Below are positions 32,106 through 37,314 of a stretch of 37,314 nt of DNA, piece by piece. The DNA is from Octopus bimaculoides (Eukaryota). The notes under the pieces were generated by a model that was not told the DNA's origin, did no database searches, and saw nothing but the letters and a program-made list of their open reading frames with translations. How positions within the stretch are numbered: position 1 is the first letter of the stretch; each line of letters begins with the position of its first letter. The stretch covers positions 28,164,861 to 28,202,174 of the forward strand of contig NC_068997.1 of NCBI RefSeq assembly GCF_001194135.2. Reading direction: 5' to 3'. The position numbers were made by a program, and so were the translations under genes.

Positions 32106-35100
32106 TGATATCTGGAAATAGTCAGCTGCTTACATATTAAGTAGATGGTCCATTTGATTGATCAAGCAAATGCTCGTTATCAAAATACACATATACAGAC
32201 ATGATGGATCTGCTGTTGATTTTAATTTCCCCATTGATTCCTAATAGTTAAGTTAGTTTCTTGTTTACATGCAAAATTAAAGAAATCATTGAAATATCTT
32301 TGTAACCAAATTCTTCAAGTGTTGTTGCTAGAAGTTTAGAATAATGTTTTGAACACTGGAAGTAGTATTGAGCAGGATACTACTACTATTTCTATTAGGT
32401 ACAAAAACCTTTTACTTTTAGTAGATGCTGCCAAGCTATGATTCCCATGGCTTTCTCAATGACATTAGTTGTCTAAAATGAACAGAAATGGCTTCATCTG
32501 AAAACCATAATGCTGTTGTGATTTCTTCATGCAATTACCACTAAGTTACTATGCTATCAAAGTGTTTGGTTCAACACTAACATTAAAGTCTTCATACATG
32601 TGACAGTCATTGATAACTTATCAAATATTAGCAAGAAAATAAAGGTTTTTTTGTTATATAGCACAGATTCTAGCATTCATTTTAACTTCAAAGACTCATA
32701 TTCCTAACCATTCTGCTTTGTTTAGTCAATAATTTCAGTTTTTTTTTTTTTTTTTTTGCTTCTACTTCAACGGGATGTTCATCCTCTCAAACTCCTAAAA
32801 TAAAATTCTATGACTAATAAGCCATTTTAGAAGTAGGCTTTACTTTACTTGAATGGGGTCATAACTATTTTATATTAGTGCCTATTGTAGTTATTTTGAA
32901 TTGAGAATAGTATATCAATTTTCACCCACATCATTATTTATTGTTGAAGTTGATCATATAATTAGGCTTAATTCCAAAAGAAAATGTTTTGATGCATACG
33001 TTGAAAAATAATGCAAAACTAGATGTTTGTTTTGATTGGTTTTTATAATTTTTCTTTTTATTTCTTGACTCTAAACTTCATGAACATTTAGGGTATTCTT
33101 ATGGAAAGGATGACTCTATTGAAAGAATATTTCTACATTATATCATAACAACCACTTGAAACTCTTACTAATCCATATTCTCTTGGACAAAATATATAGC
33201 TCATTGCTTTGGGCAGTCTAAACTGAAAACAGTTACATGCAATTCATACAAATAAATGTTTACAAATATTTTGGCATGGATTGAGCATAGAAACTGTGTT
33301 GGTTTAAATTTTGTATGGTTAAATTTGAATATTTAAATATCTTAATACATCAGCTCATCTCAAGTTGTTATTGAAACTGGATGCAATGTTTAATATAGAA
33401 ATTTAAACTAATTCTACATCAACAAGATTCCAAGCATTCCTACCATCACTTGCAATTCCTGTGGAAATTCCAGTTATTTTGGAAACTGTAAGATGGCTGG
33501 ACATTTAGAAAGAACCATGAAAAATATAATTTATTTTTTAATTGTATTTTGTTTATAACATTTGATTCTTCAGATAGTGTAAAAGTCCTTCCAGATAGTA
33601 TTGAATATACAGTTGTAGGAAAGAGACCTCTGACAGCTTTTAATCTTTGATAAACACTCGTGACCTCATCTGCATTGAGTTATCATTTTTCATTTTATAT
33701 CAAGAATTTAAAGTCTTTATTATGAAATATATATACATACTTTAATCTATCATTAATAAAGACTTCTTTAAAACCTCATTTTGATAAAAGTATATTAAAA
33801 TTGCGATTTATACGACCTTTCTGGTCATGGTAATCTTTTGATAATTGTTTTTTTTTTAAAGTTACATAATTCTTGCTAATTAATTTAGCAGCTTTCTTTA
33901 TTATGATATAGATATACAGATTTTAGCTTTATTCTGTTCTTGTAGTGAAATAGTACCCTCAACAAAGAGGACAACTAAGATACACCTCGAAAGTGCCTTA
34001 AACAAAGGGGAATGAGAATGAGATAACCAGTGATGCAGTGATGTCAAACTTTATTTCATGTTTGTCTCCTCAAAAAATTACATCACATTTTGTGTGTGTG
34101 TGTGTGTGTATTTGCCTCTATAAATCTTAGGCTTTATGTTTATATATTACATCAGTATTAGAATTATCAAATTGATGTAACAGGAAACAACGTATTATAG
34201 AGAAGAAATATATATAAAAGTGGTACTGCAAATAATGGTATGAAGCAGATGTGTATTAGAATGTTATGCTCCTGAGTCTTCCATTTGATCTTTTGGTTTC
34301 CAAAAACCTATTTGTAGACTTGGTCTTGCTTTTAAATTGAATAATGGGGAACATAATGAAGATGATTCCTTTCTATGTGTGTTATTAAATTATCAAATAT
34401 GTTAATTACAGCTAGATTTTTTGTGTACAATGAACCTTTTGGTGGGGGGGGGTTATGATTGTTTATTGATAATGTGGAAGAATTCTACCAGCCTTCTGAA
34501 CAATTCAAACACTGATGACTGATATATTCAATGTAACAACTCGGAGCCATTTGCATTCTGCAACAGCAGCTTTTAGGATTCACTATTCCAGCATTGAATA
34601 GAAAAGGGCTAGGAAGCCATTTCAGAAATATGATAAGCAAATTTATCACAGTCATATATATATATAATGTGTATATGTATATGTATATATGTATATATAT
34701 ATATATATATAATGTGTCTGTTATCTTGATGACACAAGTTGACAGGTGCTTTGACTTTATAATACAAGCAAGAGACCATAGAAGAAAGCTATAACTTGCA
34801 GCTTGCAACATTTATATTTAATTTAAAGTTGATAAGCAAAGTTTTAAATAAAGTTTGGTATTTTATATTATAGCAGTCTTCCATTTTATTTCATTTTTTG
34901 CAAAAGATAAATATTTTATAAACTATTCTTTATCTCCTTCCATGTGAGATGTTTACTATATTTTTCACAATCATTTAAGTTCCTGTAAAGTGTGTGTGTG
35001 CATGTATGCATGCATGTATATATGTGTGTGTAAAAATTATGAATAATAATTACTCAAGCTCATTATATCACTGCTAAATGTCTTGTTTTTCCTGTTTAGT

Positions 35101-37314
35101 GTCAACTTCTGATAATACAAGTGATTAACTTCCTCAGCCAGTACAACTTAATTTATGGTGACCTTTTATGAGCTGCTCTAAAACACCATTTCCTTTATGC
35201 ATGTTGAATTATAGTATTTTAAATCATTTTAAAATAGATGAACCGTTTTATACAGTTTTAAAACTAAATGAAAATAAAATTAAGTTGGTTACCTTAGCTA
35301 CAAAATGAACTAATTACCTTACATAATTTTACATTTGATTTCATTCTTTTAAATCTCTATCTCTCAGATCTAATTATTTGCTCTGAAAGTTAGGTATTAA
35401 ATTGGATTTAAAATAGTCATTATTGTTGCAGTGGTTGTTTGTCTCGTAGAAATAAATATCTTCAAATCTGATTACTGATGTTTATATTACTTCAGTAGCT
35501 GTTGTTTAAATGAATTGACTTTTATGACTAATGCTAAAAGTAAAATGAATATTGAAGCTGTTTAGTACTTGCAAGTGCAGATTAGTTAGCAATGTTTGTC
35601 AATCTATTTATTAAGTTGTATGTTTGCATTTCTCCTCTGAAGGCTGAATCAATGTTTGTTGGCCAGTCTTCCTTCTAAATTGGTGCAGGTCATAAATATG
35701 ATCAATATGCATGTGAATTGTCTGGATATGCTAAAAGGTTGATTGTTGTAATAGTAGAATTAAAAGCATGTGGTTTGGATTGAGCTCCTACGTATGACCA
35801 ATGTTTTAACATTATGACACTTCGAGGACCATAAGATCAATAAAATTGCTTTGCCAGAAGTAATACCATATATATGATATTTATTAATATTTAACAGAAT
35901 TAACAGTGACTTGTGGTCCAAGTGTTTCATGTGTTGGCACTTATGAAACTCTATTTTTTCTGTCTGCATCACCACACACCCACACATGTATGTGTGTGTG
36001 TGGGGGGGGGGGGTCCATTAAACTTCCCTTCAAGAAATATTTGATTTAAACTAAAGGATATTATAGTTTAGTTTATACATTCAAGACTGTCTTTGTATGG
36101 TTGACCAGGACTATTTTTTGCATAGAAATTAGGGTAATGAGAATCTTGAACATTACATGAATGTTGTATTGTTGTATATTTAAGTGTGTGTGTGTATTGA
36201 TATATAATAACTGATGTGTATTTTATTATATATATATATATGTGTGTGTGTGTTACCCATGTTTTCATTCAGCTCTGAACACTGTAGCAATTCACATTGA
36301 TTATTCACTGTGCTTATTTTTCCTTGTTATCCCTATACCCCCATCTTAGCCATGTATATTGAATTTTTTTTCTACACGCTGATAAAACATCTTAGATACA
36401 GGATTCTATCTTTCTTAATTTTATTTATTTTTTTAACTTGTTCTCTATAAGTACTTATTCGTATTATGCTTGTCCACTTAATTTCTAATTCTGGTATTAT
36501 ATCCACATAAACAGAGTAAAACGAAATGTAGGAGAGGAAATAAATAAGGAGTTGATACATCTAAGCAGCAGAGCTTCTGACAATTAGTTCCATCATTGGC
36601 GTCAACTTGTTTCAGACAAGCTTTCATTTTATTTTAGTACACGGCTTGTCGAGATGTGAATTATTTTGAATATGATGATGATGTATACAATTATAACACA
36701 TTAGTCTTCTTACAACAAAAACTTTTACATTATTCAGTGATAAGAAGAAAAAAAGCACTAGTTGGTGGCTTTTGAATAATCTTGGTCGTGAATAGATAGA
36801 AAAAAAGCTGCATAAAAATACAATGGGAACTACAAACTAATGACCTGTAATAATGAATAGTATCATGTCTTTAAATATCAGCAATTTACATTTGTAATAA
36901 ACTGCAGTAAAAAAAAAAAAGCATTTTAAAAAGTTTCATAGATTTGTGGTCATTTACTGATAAAAAGCGATGTTTTGTTAGAACTTGGTTGTCAGGGCAC
37001 ACGCTTCAACCCTTTTTTCGTCATACTTCTATCAAAGTCCCCTTTGTTTCAGTGAATTTTTGAAAATAGCAATTTATGAAAATCACTTTGTGATTATTTA
37101 GCTTGTATTTGGAACATAGATTAACTGGAAATTTTGATGGAAAGTTTTAATTTCGATCACTTTAAAATAGGAGATTTGTATCCTAGAACTACAAGTGGCC
37201 TCAGGCTGGTTGGTATCAAAATGGTTAAGTTCTCCCTTTCACAGATACAAGCACACAGTTGGTCTGTTTCAGTCAGTGGTAGCTTACCCTATTAACCAAC
37301 CTTATTGCCATAAG

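Noticed and set aside
36638-36655. Possible 18-nt microexon (TTTTAG|TACACGGCTTGTCGAGAT|GTGAAT, encoding YTACRD)
   Set aside because: There is no host gene context or homology; such splice-like matches arise by chance in T-rich DNA.

Overview
Eukaryotic, very AT-rich, SINE- and microsatellite-rich scaffold with four N-gaps. The repeat families suggest a coleoid cephalopod, probably Octopus (inference). Two genes start head-to-head, with start codons 764 bp apart. On the minus strand is a Mahogunin-type RING E3 ligase (MGRN1/RNF157 family; coding exons 10146-10059 and 5427-5309, continuing beyond the left edge). On the plus strand is a UBA-like domain protein (UBALD1/2 family; coding exons 10911-11018 and 11275-11358; the last exon is probably mostly hidden in the gap at 15318-16033). 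As I recall, the same divergent pair exists twice in human (MGRN1-UBALD1, RNF157-UBALD2), so it looks like an ancient bilaterian linkage. The shared promoter holds a perfect 16-bp double-CCAAT palindrome and two TGATTGACA (PBX/PREP-type) motifs, inside a roughly 9 kb CpG-retaining domain. The rest is intronic or intergenic, with decayed mariner, RTE and CR1-like elements, MITEs and modular SINEs. Other notable features are a 160-nt foldback made of two decayed hammerhead-like cores and a 254-bp templated insertion with junction microhomology. Repeat boundaries were read by eye and are approximate.
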